From Acidimicrobiales bacterium (GTDB lineage: Bacteria; Actinomycetota; Acidimicrobiia; Acidimicrobiales; Aldehydirespiratoraceae): a stretch of DNA of 64,000 nucleotides. Shown in pieces: positions 28,155-37,413 of the stretch; positions within the stretch are counted from its first letter, which is position 1; each line of letters starts with the position of its first letter. Under the pieces are notes generated by a model. The model searched no databases, was not told the origin of the DNA, and was given only the letters and a program-made list of their open reading frames with translations. The position numbers and the translations under genes were made by a program. The DNA is taken from contig JAVJSI010000005.1 in the NCBI GenBank assembly GCA_040219515.1, forward strand, positions 145,243-209,242. The letters are read 5' to 3'.

Positions 28155-29204
28155 TCAGTCGAGCGCGTTCACGAGGGAGTGCGCGTGGTCGAGCATGACA
28201 TCGACGCGGTCGGCGATGATCGACGGCGGGCCGATCTGCGCCATGCCACCCTGGCTGCCGCGGAGGCGCCGGGCGTAGACACCCTCGACGATGCACGCCT
28301 GCTTCCACCACGAGAACGCCTCGTAGAACGGATAGTCCGAGAGGTCGAACCCGGTGGCGGTCTCGTAGCGGGCGATGACCTCGTCCCGGCGGGGGAAGTG
28401 CGACGAGGAGGTCGGCGGATCGGTCAGCCAGGTGATGTCGTCGCCCGGTTCGGCCCAGTACTGCATCGACCAGGCGAAGTCGGCGATCGGGTCGCCGGTG
28501 GTGCACAGTTCCCAGTCGAGCACCGCGGCCAACGACAGGTCCGCACCGAGGACGACGTTGTCGAAGCGATAGTCGCCATGGGCCAGCGCGGGTCGGGCTC
28601 GCTCGGCCGGCGTTCGGGCGGTGAGCACAGTGTGGAGTTCGTGGATGAGCGGGACCGGGCGGGCGTCGGCCCGTTCGATCTGGGTCTTCCACCGCTTGAG
28701 CTGGCGGGTCACATAGGCGTCGTGACGGCCGAGATCGGCGAGTCCGACGGCGGTGAGGTCGAGTGTGTGGAACGCCACCTGGCCGTCGACCAGCGCGGCG
28801 GTCGCACGGGCGGCGTCGGCCTCGTCGAACGCACCGCCGTCGGCGGCGGTGCGCAGGATGGTGCCGTCGACGAACTCCATCACGTAGAAGGCCGCGCCGG
28901 TGACGGATGCGTCATCGCACCGGGCGACGCAACCGGGGACCGGGACGACCCCGGCGTCGGACAGCGCCGACATGATGCGCCACTCGCGGTCGGTGTCGTG
29001 AGCCGTCTCGAGCGCGGTGCCCTCGGGGGGTCGACGCAGGGCGAACTCCCGGCCCGCCGCGTCGCGCACGCGATACGTCAGGTTGGAGCCTCCCGCTGCG
29101 ATGAGCGAGAACTCGAAGGGACCGTGTGCTTCGCTGACGTGTGCGTCGAGCCAGCGGCTCACCGACCCGGGGTCGAGACCGCGAACCTCGGCGGATTGCG
29201 GCAC
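28155..29204 (-). CDS. APH-family phosphotransferase.
   Basis: The catalytic-loop motif HGDYRFDNVV plus VLDWE is characteristic of aminoglycoside-phosphotransferase-like kinases. Confidence 0.8.
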   Translation of the reverse strand: MPQSAEVRGLDPGSVSRWLDAHVSEAHGPFEFSLIAAGGSNLTYRVRDAAGREFALRRPPEGTALETAHDTDREWRIMSALSDAGVVPVPGCVARCDDASVTGAAFYVMEFVDGTILRTAADGGAFDEADAARATAALVDGQVAFHTLDLTAVGLADLGRHDAYVTRQLKRWKTQIERADARPVPLIHELHTVLTARTPAERARPALAHGDYRFDNVVLGADLSLAAVLDWELCTTGDPIADFAWSMQYWAEPGDDITWLTDPPTSSSHFPRRDEVIARYETATGFDLSDYPFYEAFSWWKQACIVEGVYARRLRGSQGGMAQIGPPSIIADRVDVMLDHAHSLVNALD

Positions 29205-29215
29205 CGGCGACCGTC

Positions 29216-29629
29216 CTAGCGGACGACGCCTTCTTCGAGCTCGTGCAGGCGCTTCACCGCACCGACGAGAATCTTCTTCGCGAGCTTGGAGCTCTCATCG
29301 AGCATCGAGCTGAACTCTCGTCGGTTGAGCGCCTCGACGGTCATGTCGGTGTCGGCGGTGACGGTGGCCGTCCGGGGCACCCCGGCGATCACGGCGAGTT
29401 CGCCGAAGAAGTCGCCGGGCTTGTAGCGGGCGATCACCCGACCGTTGCGGCGGACCGTGGCCTCGCCTTCGGCGATGATCATGAACTCGCGGCCGGGCTG
29501 GCCCTGCACCGTGAGATCACGGCCGGCTTTCACCGTGATGGGAGTCATGAAGGACGCAACCTTCTTGAGTTCCTTCTTGGTGAGCTCCGAGAAGAGTTCG
29601 ATCTCGGCGAGCTGCTCTACGAGTGCCAT
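29216..29629 (-). CDS. Stand-alone cyclic nucleotide-binding (cNMP) domain protein.
   Basis: 137 aa with GDFFGELAV...RTATV, the cNMP phosphate-binding-cassette motif. Confidence 0.75.
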   Translation of the reverse strand: MALVEQLAEIELFSELTKKELKKVASFMTPITVKAGRDLTVQGQPGREFMIIAEGEATVRRNGRVIARYKPGDFFGELAVIAGVPRTATVTADTDMTVEALNRREFSSMLDESSKLAKKILVGAVKRLHELEEGVVR

Positions 29630-29698
29630 GGCAACCTCCAGACAGGCCCTTTGCCTGCATTCGTCACGGGTCTTCCTATCACTTCCTCCCTGTGCGGG

Positions 29699-30682
29699 TC
29701 AGAAAACGGCCACGGGAACGACCGGTGCGCCCGTGGCGCCGACCACCGGTTCGGGGCTCGCGCTCAGCAGGAATGTGTGGCGCCCGTACTCGCGACAAAC
29801 CGCGGCCAGCTCCTCGAGTTGCCAGTTCTGACCCTGGGTGAATCCCATGTCGACCACGGCCAGACAGTGCACGGCAAGGACGTTGTCCCAGTCCGGCGGA
29901 GGGAACACCTCGAACATGTAGGTGTCGGTTGCGGCGGCGGCGATGTCGTTGCGGTGGAACCACCGCACGGCGTCGATGCCGGGGCCCGGGCTGTCGGCCG
30001 TGCCGGCCTCACCCATCGTGTAGGCCTGCGCGCTGCCGTTCAGATAGAGCTGAATGCGTCCCGTGCGGATGAGGACGATGTCGCCTGCAGCGATGTCGAC
30101 GCCGGCCCACTCGGCGGCCGCGTCGAGGTCGGCCCCGGTGACCTCGTGGTTGTCGGGGAGACGGTCGAGCCCCTTCGATCCGGGTATGTCGAGCAGGACT
30201 CCGCGTCCGACCAGCGCGCGCACGTGCTCGATGCCGAGGACCTCGGCACCACCTCGCGCGGTGATGGTCGACGCGGGAATGTCGTTGTACAGCCGGTGGC
30301 CGTAGCTCACATGGGCGAGACCATCCCAGTGGGTGCCGGCCTGGAGGCCCATCGTGACCATGTCGTCACTGAAGTGGGGAACCATCGCATCGCCGTCGGG
30401 GTCACCGAGGTCCGGGTGGTCGATCGTGCCCATCACGTGCACAGGGTTGATGCGGGTCGGGATCTGGCCGATCTGCACCCCGTCGTGCTTCAGGTCGATC
30501 GCCAGCGAGATGGCGCGGCCATGTTCGACCGTGGCTGCGGCCGCGGCGATCGCGTCGGGCGTGATGAGGTTGAGGGTGCCGATGCGATCGTCGGCACCCC
30601 AGCGGCCCCAGTTGCGAACTTCGGCGGACACTTCGTGGAAGAAGGCGTTGAACGACATGGCCGGGAGCGTAAACCAGCTCAC
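29699..30682 (-). CDS. Cyclase-family protein (kynurenine-formamidase-like metal hydrolase, PF04199).
   Basis: A His/Asp-rich pattern (HVMGTIDHPD...THWDGLAHV) is typical of the putative cyclase family. Confidence 0.7.
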   Translation of the reverse strand: MSWFTLPAMSFNAFFHEVSAEVRNWGRWGADDRIGTLNLITPDAIAAAAATVEHGRAISLAIDLKHDGVQIGQIPTRINPVHVMGTIDHPDLGDPDGDAMVPHFSDDMVTMGLQAGTHWDGLAHVSYGHRLYNDIPASTITARGGAEVLGIEHVRALVGRGVLLDIPGSKGLDRLPDNHEVTGADLDAAAEWAGVDIAAGDIVLIRTGRIQLYLNGSAQAYTMGEAGTADSPGPGIDAVRWFHRNDIAAAATDTYMFEVFPPPDWDNVLAVHCLAVVDMGFTQGQNWQLEELAAVCREYGRHTFLLSASPEPVVGATGAPVVPVAVF

Positions 30683-30729
30683 CGCCGTCCCGCAGACTCG
30701 AATCCGTACTACCTTCGAGGGGGAACGAA

Positions 30730-31263
30730 ATGAGTGCGCTGTACCTCTTCTTCCTCGCCGTCGGGGCGCCGCTACTCCTCTGGATGACGTTTGTCGGCGA
30801 TGCCGATGGCGGCGACGGCTTCAGCCTCGACATGGACGGCGACGGCGACATGACGGTCGTGCCGCTGTCCGCGGTTGCGGCGTTCATGACGACCTTCGGC
30901 GGCATCGGCATGATCGGGCAGCTGACCGGCTCGGGTTTCGTCGCGACGCTGGTTCTCGCCCTCGTCCTCTCGCTCGGTGTGGGCTACGCGGCCCACCGTC
31001 TCTTCAAGTGGATCAAAGCCCCCGGCGCGTCGAGCCAGGTGACCGACGCCGAGCTCGAAGGCAAGATCGCGCGGGTCTCGCTTCCGATCACCGACGACCA
31101 TCGCGGAAGGATCGTCCTCGACATGGCCGGCGCCCGAGAACAGATGACGGCCGCGCCGGCGGATGGATCGTCGATGGCTGTCGGTGAACCAGTCGTGATC
31201 GTGCGGATCGAGCGGGGGGTCGCGCTCGTGGCCCCCATGATCCCGGATCTCTCACTCGAATGA
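30730..31263 (+). CDS. NfeD-family membrane protein, the partner of a flotillin.
   Basis: An N-terminal TM pair plus a C-terminal OB-fold-like segment. It sits immediately upstream of the SPFH gene. Confidence 0.7.
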   Translation: MSALYLFFLAVGAPLLLWMTFVGDADGGDGFSLDMDGDGDMTVVPLSAVAAFMTTFGGIGMIGQLTGSGFVATLVLALVLSLGVGYAAHRLFKWIKAPGASSQVTDAELEGKIARVSLPITDDHRGRIVLDMAGAREQMTAAPADGSSMAVGEPVVIVRIERGVALVAPMIPDLSLE

Positions 31264-31327
31264 GAAATAGTTCGCGGCGGCATGTGCTGCCTCGCAGATG
31301 CGTCCTCGACGCAGAAGGAACCAAGAC

Positions 31328-32674
31328 ATGGGATTAATCATCGGCGCAGGTCTTCTGGTCGTATTCGTTCTGTTGGCGATCATCTCGATAGCAAGTTCGG
31401 TCCTGGTTATCTGCCCCCCGAACCGCGTCGCGATCATCACCGGACGCAAGCGCACACTCTCCGACGGTCGGACGGTCGGCTACCGCATCATCAAGGGCGG
31501 CCGCGCCTACAAGATGCCCATCTTCGAGCAGGTGGCGTGGATGGACCTCAACACGATCCCGCTCGAGGTGTCGGTGACCAACGCTTACTCGAAGGGCACC
31601 ATCCCGCTGAACGTCCAGGGCATCGCCAACGTCAAGATCTCGAGCAAGGAAGGTGTGCTCGAGAATGCGGCCGAGCGTTTTCTCAACGTGCCCAACGCCC
31701 AGATCGGTCAGATCGCGAAGGAGACCCTCGAGGCGAACCTCCGCGGTGTTCTGGCCACGCTCTCGCCGGAAGAGGTCAACGAGGATCGGCTCCTCTTCTC
31801 GCAGAAGCTCATCGACGAAGCCGACGATGACATCAAGACGTTGGGTCTCGATCTCGACGTGATGAAGATCCAGAACGTCACCGACGACAACCTCTATCTC
31901 GAGTCGGTCGGTCGGCGACTCACCGCTGAGGTGGTGAAGGAGGCGCGGGTCGCCGAGGCGAATCGGCAGTCCGAGTCCGAGCAGGCGGAGGCCAACGCCC
32001 GTCAGCTGGCCCAGATCGCCACCGTGCAGGCCGAACGCAAGATCGTCGAGGAGCAGAACATGTTGCGGGTGCGCACCGCAGAACTCGACGCGATCGCTCG
32101 CGCGAAGGAAGAGGAGGCGTCGGTGGCCGGCGACATCGCCCGCGCCACAGCCGAGCAGGACCTCGAGCAGCAACGCATCGAGCTGGAGCGTCGTCGCCTC
32201 GAGGCCAACGTGGTCACGCCGGCCCGCGCGAACCTCGAGGCCAAGCAGCTCAATGCCCAGGCCGAGGCGGCGAAGATCGTCGAGGACGGCAAGGCACAGG
32301 TCGAGGTGTTCCGTCGCTTGACCGAGCAATACCAGGCGGCCGGTGAAGACGGTCAGCGCATCTTCGTGCTCAACATGCTGCCGGACCTCGTGGACAAGAT
32401 CGTGTCCACCGTCAACGGCATCACCATCGACCGTGTCGCCGTGGTCGACGGCGGTGGGAACGGCAACGGCAACGGTGGGATCCCTGCCTTCGTCTCGCAG
32501 CTGCCGGGGGCCGTGGTCAGCCTCACCGAACAGATCGAGGCCGCGACCGGCGTCGACATCCTCGGGAGCATGCGCGATGCCACCAAGTTCGACGACTCCG
32601 CCGACCAGGACGACGACGCCGATCATGGTGACTCCGAACTCCCGCCGCCGCCCCCGGCGCCGGACGGGGAGTAG
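31328..32674 (+). CDS. Flotillin-like SPFH/band-7 protein.
   Basis: An N-terminal TM helix, then an SPFH domain, then a long EA-rich coiled coil. Start at the ATG at 31328, with AAGGAA 8 nt upstream. Confidence 0.85.
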   Translation: MGLIIGAGLLVVFVLLAIISIASSVLVICPPNRVAIITGRKRTLSDGRTVGYRIIKGGRAYKMPIFEQVAWMDLNTIPLEVSVTNAYSKGTIPLNVQGIANVKISSKEGVLENAAERFLNVPNAQIGQIAKETLEANLRGVLATLSPEEVNEDRLLFSQKLIDEADDDIKTLGLDLDVMKIQNVTDDNLYLESVGRRLTAEVVKEARVAEANRQSESEQAEANARQLAQIATVQAERKIVEEQNMLRVRTAELDAIARAKEEEASVAGDIARATAEQDLEQQRIELERRRLEANVVTPARANLEAKQLNAQAEAAKIVEDGKAQVEVFRRLTEQYQAAGEDGQRIFVLNMLPDLVDKIVSTVNGITIDRVAVVDGGGNGNGNGGIPAFVSQLPGAVVSLTEQIEAATGVDILGSMRDATKFDDSADQDDDADHGDSELPPPPPAPDGE

Positions 32675-32680
32675 GCCGGC

Positions 32681-33328
32681 TCAACGAGCGAGGCGTTCGA
32701 GGAGTGCCCGGTCGAGTACTTCCACTCGCCCCCGGCCCACCAGGATTGCGCCCGCCGTTTCCGCAGCCTTGAGCGGACGGTTCGCGGTTTGTCGACGGGT
32801 GCCGGCCATCGCGGCGATGTCTTCCTGACGTACCCGGACGACCACCGGCTCGACGCCGTTGTCGAAGACGTCGGCGAGGCGGAGCAGCACACGAAGGACG
32901 CGTGTCTCGACGGGGGTGAACAGGACTTCCATCAGCTGCGCCATGGTTTCGGCGAGGCGTGCCGCGAGGATCTCGAGGAGTCGCCGGTCGACCCCGGCGT
33001 CGGCCCGCCGGAGATCGTCGAGTCGCGCTTGTGTGAGCGACAGCGTCTCGGTCGGTTCGAGGGCTGTGACCCGGGCGGTGCGGAGGCCATCACCGACGAT
33101 GGCGAGCTCACCGAGTACCTCGCCGGGGCCCCGCACGGCCAATGCCGCGACGTCGCCGCGAACGGTGGAGACCTCGATCAGGACGCGCCCCTTCTCGATC
33201 ACGTGGAACGTGTCGCCGGTCTCGCCTTCGTGGAATATCGGCTCGTCCTTGCCGTAGCGGCGGCGCAGCATCTGCTGCCGCCACGCCGGCGCCGCGTCGC
33301 CGAGCTCGTCGAGAAATCCCGTGGGCAT
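32681..33328 (-). CDS. Crp/Fnr-family transcriptional regulator.
   Basis: A cNMP-binding domain (GEVLGELAI...RTARV) plus a C-terminal HTH (QEDIAAMAGTRRQTANRPLK). Start at MPTGFLDELG. Confidence 0.75.
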   Translation of the reverse strand: MPTGFLDELGDAAPAWRQQMLRRRYGKDEPIFHEGETGDTFHVIEKGRVLIEVSTVRGDVAALAVRGPGEVLGELAIVGDGLRTARVTALEPTETLSLTQARLDDLRRADAGVDRRLLEILAARLAETMAQLMEVLFTPVETRVLRVLLRLADVFDNGVEPVVVRVRQEDIAAMAGTRRQTANRPLKAAETAGAILVGRGRVEVLDRALLERLAR

Positions 33329-33398
33329 GGTTGCGAGGGTACCGGTTGGGTCCCGCGGCGGATTTCGCGATCGCTGGTGGTGTCCGCCAGACTTTCGG

Positions 33399-34001
33399 GC
33401 CATGTCTTCGTCGACCGACGCCTCGACCCCGCAGCGACGGGCCGATGGAAAGGCGGCGCGGCGCGGGCGAGTCGTCGAGGCGGCGATGCACCTGGCGGCC
33501 GAGGGCGGCTACGAGGCGGTCCAGATGCGAGAGGTGGCCGAACAGGCCAACGTCTCGCTCGGGACGATCTACCGCTACTTCGCAGGCAAGGACGATCTGC
33601 TGCTCGCCGGTCTCGCAGGATGGGTCAGCGTGCTGCGGCGTCGTATCGAACGGGACGGTCACGTCGACGGAAGCGCGGCTGATCGTCTTGCCGACGTGCT
33701 CGGGCAGGCGGCGAACGCAGCCGAGGGCGCGCCCGTGTTGATGGGTGCGCTCATCACGGCGCTGACCACCACCGATCCGGCCGCGGCGCAGTACAAGTTC
33801 CGGGTCGACTCAGAGGTGATGGAGATGATCGTGGACGCCATCGGCGACGAGCCGGGGGTCGACGCGGCCGGCGTCGCCCGGGTCGTGGGCCACGTGTGGC
33901 TGTCCGCGATCAGCCGTTGGGTCGGCGGGCTGACCGATGCCGGGAGCGTCGAAGCGGAGCTCCGTCACACCGTGCTCATGCTGCTCGGTGACCGACGCTG
34001 A
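33399..34001 (+). CDS. TetR-family transcriptional regulator.
   Basis: HTH: VQMREVAEQANVSLGTIYRYFAGKDDLL. Confidence 0.8.
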   Translation, partial: AMSSSTDASTPQRRADGKAARRGRVVEAAMHLAAEGGYEAVQMREVAEQANVSLGTIYRYFAGKDDLLLAGLAGWVSVLRRRIERDGHVDGSAADRLADVLGQAANAAEGAPVLMGALITALTTTDPAAAQYKFRVDSEVMEMIVDAIGDEPGVDAAGVARVVGHVWLSAISRWVGGLTDAGSVEAELRHTVLMLLGDRR

Positions 34002-34003
34002 GT

Positions 34004-36175
34004 TCAGTTGTCGTCGAGCGCGTGATCGAAGGCCGCGGCTTCGCGCGGTTCGGAGAACAGGAAGCCGAGCGCCTGGTCGCAATCGAGCTCGCGGAGCACC
34101 GCCAACTGATCCTCTGACTCGACGCCCTCCGCGATCACGATCAGTCCGAGCGCATGGGCGAGATCGATGATCGCCGCGACGATCGTGGCGGCCGCGTGAT
34201 CGGAGGCGAGCCCGGACACGAACGAGCGGTCGATCTTCAGCACATCGAGGGGCAGCCGTTGGAGGTAGGCGAACTGTGACCAGCCGGTGCCGAAGTCGTC
34301 GATGCCGAGGCTGATGCCGATGCGCCGGAGCTGGTCCAGCTGCTCGGTCGCTGCTTGGGCGTCGTCCATGAGCGCGGACTCGGTGATCTCGAGGCAGATC
34401 TCGTCGGTGGAGATCCCGGCCTCGGCCACGGTGCGCTGGACGAACGGCACGAGATCGGGATCGCCGAGCTGGCGGGCCGACAGGTTGACCCAGATGCGCA
34501 CGGGTTCCTGGTCGGGCGTGCGATGGACGCGCCACAGCGAGGCCTGACGGCAGGCCTCGGCGATGACCCATCGACCGATGTCGACGATGATGCCCGTCTC
34601 CTCGGCCAGCGGGATGAACTCGCCGGGCGGAATGAGTCGCCCGTCGGGCCGTTGCCAACGCACGAGCGCTTCGAACCCGACGATACGCCCGGACTCGAGG
34701 TCGAGTTCGGGCTGGTAGTGGAGGCGGAGTTCCTGGTTGTCGACGGCGCGCCGCAACGCCTCTTCGGTGTCGATGCGCTCCAGAGCGAGCGACTGGTCGG
34801 TCTCGTCGTGGATCGCGAACCGGTTGCGACCCTCGTGCTTCGCCTCGTATCGCGCGATGTCGGCGTTCTCGATGATCTGATTCGGTTCGGCCGACCCGAT
34901 GGAGGTGGCGATGCCGATCGACGCGCCGATCGCGATCTCGCGACCCTCGAGCACGAACGGCTGGGCGAAGGCGTCGAGGATGCGACGGGCCACGGCAGTG
35001 GCACCGCGAGCGCCGTCGGTGCCGGCGCACAGCATGACGAACTCGTCGCCGCCGATCCGGGCGAGCGTGTCGCCGGGACGGACGATGGCGGTGAGACGCT
35101 CGGCGACCTTGGTGAGCGCGGTGTCGCCCACCGGATGGCCGAGGGTGTCGTTGATGGTCTTGAAACCGTCGAGATCGATGAACAGCACGCCGATCGGTTG
35201 GTGCGACCGTTCGCTCGCGGCCAGTGCGTGGGTCATCCGGTCGATGAGCAGCGCGCGATTGGGGAGTCCGGTGAGTTCGTCGTGAAACGCCTGCTTGATC
35301 AGGCTCTGCTCGGTTTCTCGCTGTTCGGTGATGTCACGGCTCGACGACTGCAACTGCCGGACCGTGCCGTCGGGGGCGAGGATCGGGGTGATCGCGGTTT
35401 CGAACCAGCGGAACGATCCGTTGCGGTGGCGGAGTCGATGGCGGAAGCGGATGGGGTCGGAGCCGCGTCGGCCGGCGTCGTGGATGGCCTGCACGAGCGC
35501 GTCCCGGGTGGCGGTGTGTGAAATGTCGACGGGGTGGCTTCCGAGCAGCGATGCAGGGTCGAGGTCGAGGAGGCGGCGGCACGAGGGCGACACGTAGGTG
35601 AATGTTCCTGCCGGGTCGTGGAGACACACGAGGTCGGACGTGTGCTCGGCGACGGCCCGGAAGATGTCCTCGGCCGCAGCGAGGGCCTGCGTGGTCGCGG
35701 CGATCAGGGCGTCGGTCTCGCGGCTGTCGGCCAGGCCCCGGAGCTCGACGAGCAGTACGGCGACCGCTCGACGGTCGTCGATGATCGGCGTGAGGGAGAC
35801 CCGTCCCGGCCGGGGCGCCACGCCACCGATGTCGATGGTGCGCTGTCCGGCCCGACCTTCGGCGCCCGCTTCGACCAGCGGGGCGAGGGTGGACGACGGA
35901 TCGTCGATCGCCCACAGGGGCGCGGCCCAGAGCGCTCGACCGCGAACGGAGGCACGATCGATACCGAGACGGTCGACCTGGGTGTTGGTGTCGAGAACGG
36001 TGCCGTCGAGGTCGACCAGCAACGCGGGGCTGCCCAGCCGATCGAGCTCGGTGCGGGCCTCGATGGCTCTGGTCAGATCGATTGTTTCCGGGTCTGTCGT
36101 CCGAGCCAAACGCGCGAGCACGTCGGCGCGGGATCGGTCGCCGGTCACGGTCGCGGCTTCGCGCTCGTGGTTCAC
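34004..36175 (-). CDS. PAS-GGDEF-EAL signalling protein.
   Basis: PAS segments followed by GGDEF (IGGDEFVML) and an EAL domain (ELDLESGR...EITESALM...DDFGTGWSQFAYL). A GTG start at 36175 is proposed; the upstream part of the ORF is non-coding-like. Confidence 0.85.
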   Translation of the reverse strand: MNHEREAATVTGDRSRADVLARLARTTDPETIDLTRAIEARTELDRLGSPALLVDLDGTVLDTNTQVDRLGIDRASVRGRALWAAPLWAIDDPSSTLAPLVEAGAEGRAGQRTIDIGGVAPRPGRVSLTPIIDDRRAVAVLLVELRGLADSRETDALIAATTQALAAAEDIFRAVAEHTSDLVCLHDPAGTFTYVSPSCRRLLDLDPASLLGSHPVDISHTATRDALVQAIHDAGRRGSDPIRFRHRLRHRNGSFRWFETAITPILAPDGTVRQLQSSSRDITEQRETEQSLIKQAFHDELTGLPNRALLIDRMTHALAASERSHQPIGVLFIDLDGFKTINDTLGHPVGDTALTKVAERLTAIVRPGDTLARIGGDEFVMLCAGTDGARGATAVARRILDAFAQPFVLEGREIAIGASIGIATSIGSAEPNQIIENADIARYEAKHEGRNRFAIHDETDQSLALERIDTEEALRRAVDNQELRLHYQPELDLESGRIVGFEALVRWQRPDGRLIPPGEFIPLAEETGIIVDIGRWVIAEACRQASLWRVHRTPDQEPVRIWVNLSARQLGDPDLVPFVQRTVAEAGISTDEICLEITESALMDDAQAATEQLDQLRRIGISLGIDDFGTGWSQFAYLQRLPLDVLKIDRSFVSGLASDHAAATIVAAIIDLAHALGLIVIAEGVESEDQLAVLRELDCDQALGFLFSEPREAAAFDHALDDN

Positions 36176-36310
36176 GCCCTTGCTCCTGCGTCGGTGGGTA
36201 CTCCAGCCCAGCGAAAATCTATGTCGCCCCGGTGCGATGTACGCGGATACCCGTGACGCGCGGTGTTCGATTCCCCCACGCGCGGTGACAATCCCCACGG
36301 ATTCGGTCGC

Positions 36311-36343
36311 AACTGCAACGGGGGTCAGACCCCCGTTGCAGTT
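36311..36343. promoter_or_regulatory. Perfect inverted repeat with 15-bp arms and a 3-nt loop: AACTGCAACGGGGGT-CAG-ACCCCCGTTGCAGTT.
   Basis: Read directly. It lies in the divergent intergenic region between the GGDEF-EAL gene and the SDR pair. Confidence 0.8.
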
Positions 36344-36463
36344 TGGCGTTGCCGCTGACTTACGAGTCGGTGGGAGAGGGTGACTAGGGTCGGCGGCTGC
36401 GGCCCGGCTCTGGGCCACTCGTTTCAGCGAACACACACTCGACGAACACAGGAGCGGACGGCT

Positions 36464-37402
36464 GTGGCCGGATTCCTCGAAGGCAAGAACATCGCAATCA
36501 CCGGTGGCGGCGCGGGCATCGGCAAGGCCATCGCCCTCGCGGCAGCCGCCGAGGGCGCCAACATCGTCGTCGCCGACTACGGCGTCTCGATGGACGGCAG
36601 CGATCCCTCCAGCGAGGTGGCCGACGCCGCGGTGGCCGAGATCGAAGCCGCCGGCGGCAAGGCCGTCGCCGTGGCCGGCGACATCAGTGAGTTCGATGTC
36701 GGCGAGGCCGTCGTCGCCGCCGCGGTCGACAACTGGGGCTCCATCGACGGCGTCGTCTGCCCGGCCGGCGTGCTGCGCGAGCGGATGCTCTTCAACATGA
36801 GCGAAGACGAGTGGGACCATGTCGTCGCGGTGCACCTCAAGGGGCACTTCAACGTCTACCGGGCCGCCTTCGCCCGCATGCGCAAGCAGGACACCGGCGG
36901 TTCGCTCGTCGGCTTCACGTCCGGCGCGTTCACGGCGTCGACCGCGCAGCCGAACTACTCGGCGGCCAAGGGTGGCATCGTCAGCCTCACCCGCTCGGCG
37001 GCCATGACCGCGGCCAGCATCAAGCTCCGCGGCGGTCCGTCGATCAATGCCAACTGCATCGCCCCCGTGGCCAAGACCCGCATGAGCGAGAACGTGCCGT
37101 TCGAGATCGAGACCGGCGAGCCCGAGGACATCGCACCGATGGCCATCTACCTGATGAGCGACGCCGGTCGCGAGATCAACGCCCAGATCTACACGGTGGT
37201 CGGTCGACGGATCTCCGTCTGGAACCAGCCCCAGGAGCTGCGCACGATGTGGGCCGGTGGCGATCAGTGGTCTCCCGAGGAGATCGCCCAGATGCTGCCG
37301 AGCACCGTCGGGCAGGAGCCGAATCCCTTCATCGCCGATCTCGAGCGGCGCATGGCCGACATGGCCGCCAAAGAGAGCGCTGCGCAAGAGAAGAAGAGCT
37401 GA
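36464..37402 (+). CDS. SDR-family oxidoreductase.
   Basis: TGGGAGIGKA (Rossmann) and YSAAK (catalytic Y-x3-K). GTG start at 36464 with GGAGCGG upstream. Confidence 0.8.
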   Translation: MAGFLEGKNIAITGGGAGIGKAIALAAAAEGANIVVADYGVSMDGSDPSSEVADAAVAEIEAAGGKAVAVAGDISEFDVGEAVVAAAVDNWGSIDGVVCPAGVLRERMLFNMSEDEWDHVVAVHLKGHFNVYRAAFARMRKQDTGGSLVGFTSGAFTASTAQPNYSAAKGGIVSLTRSAAMTAASIKLRGGPSINANCIAPVAKTRMSENVPFEIETGEPEDIAPMAIYLMSDAGREINAQIYTVVGRRISVWNQPQELRTMWAGGDQWSPEEIAQMLPSTVGQEPNPFIADLERRMADMAAKESAAQEKKS

Positions 37403-37413
37403 GGGTGCCGTCG

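Noticed and set aside
29699-30682. The cyclase-family protein, considered as a possible nucleotidyl cyclase making the ligand for the adjacent cNMP-binding protein.
   Set aside because: The PF04199 'cyclase' family is a kynurenine-formamidase-like metal-dependent hydrolase, not an adenylate or guanylate cyclase. The motifs seen (HxGTHxDxPxH-like) fit the hydrolase.
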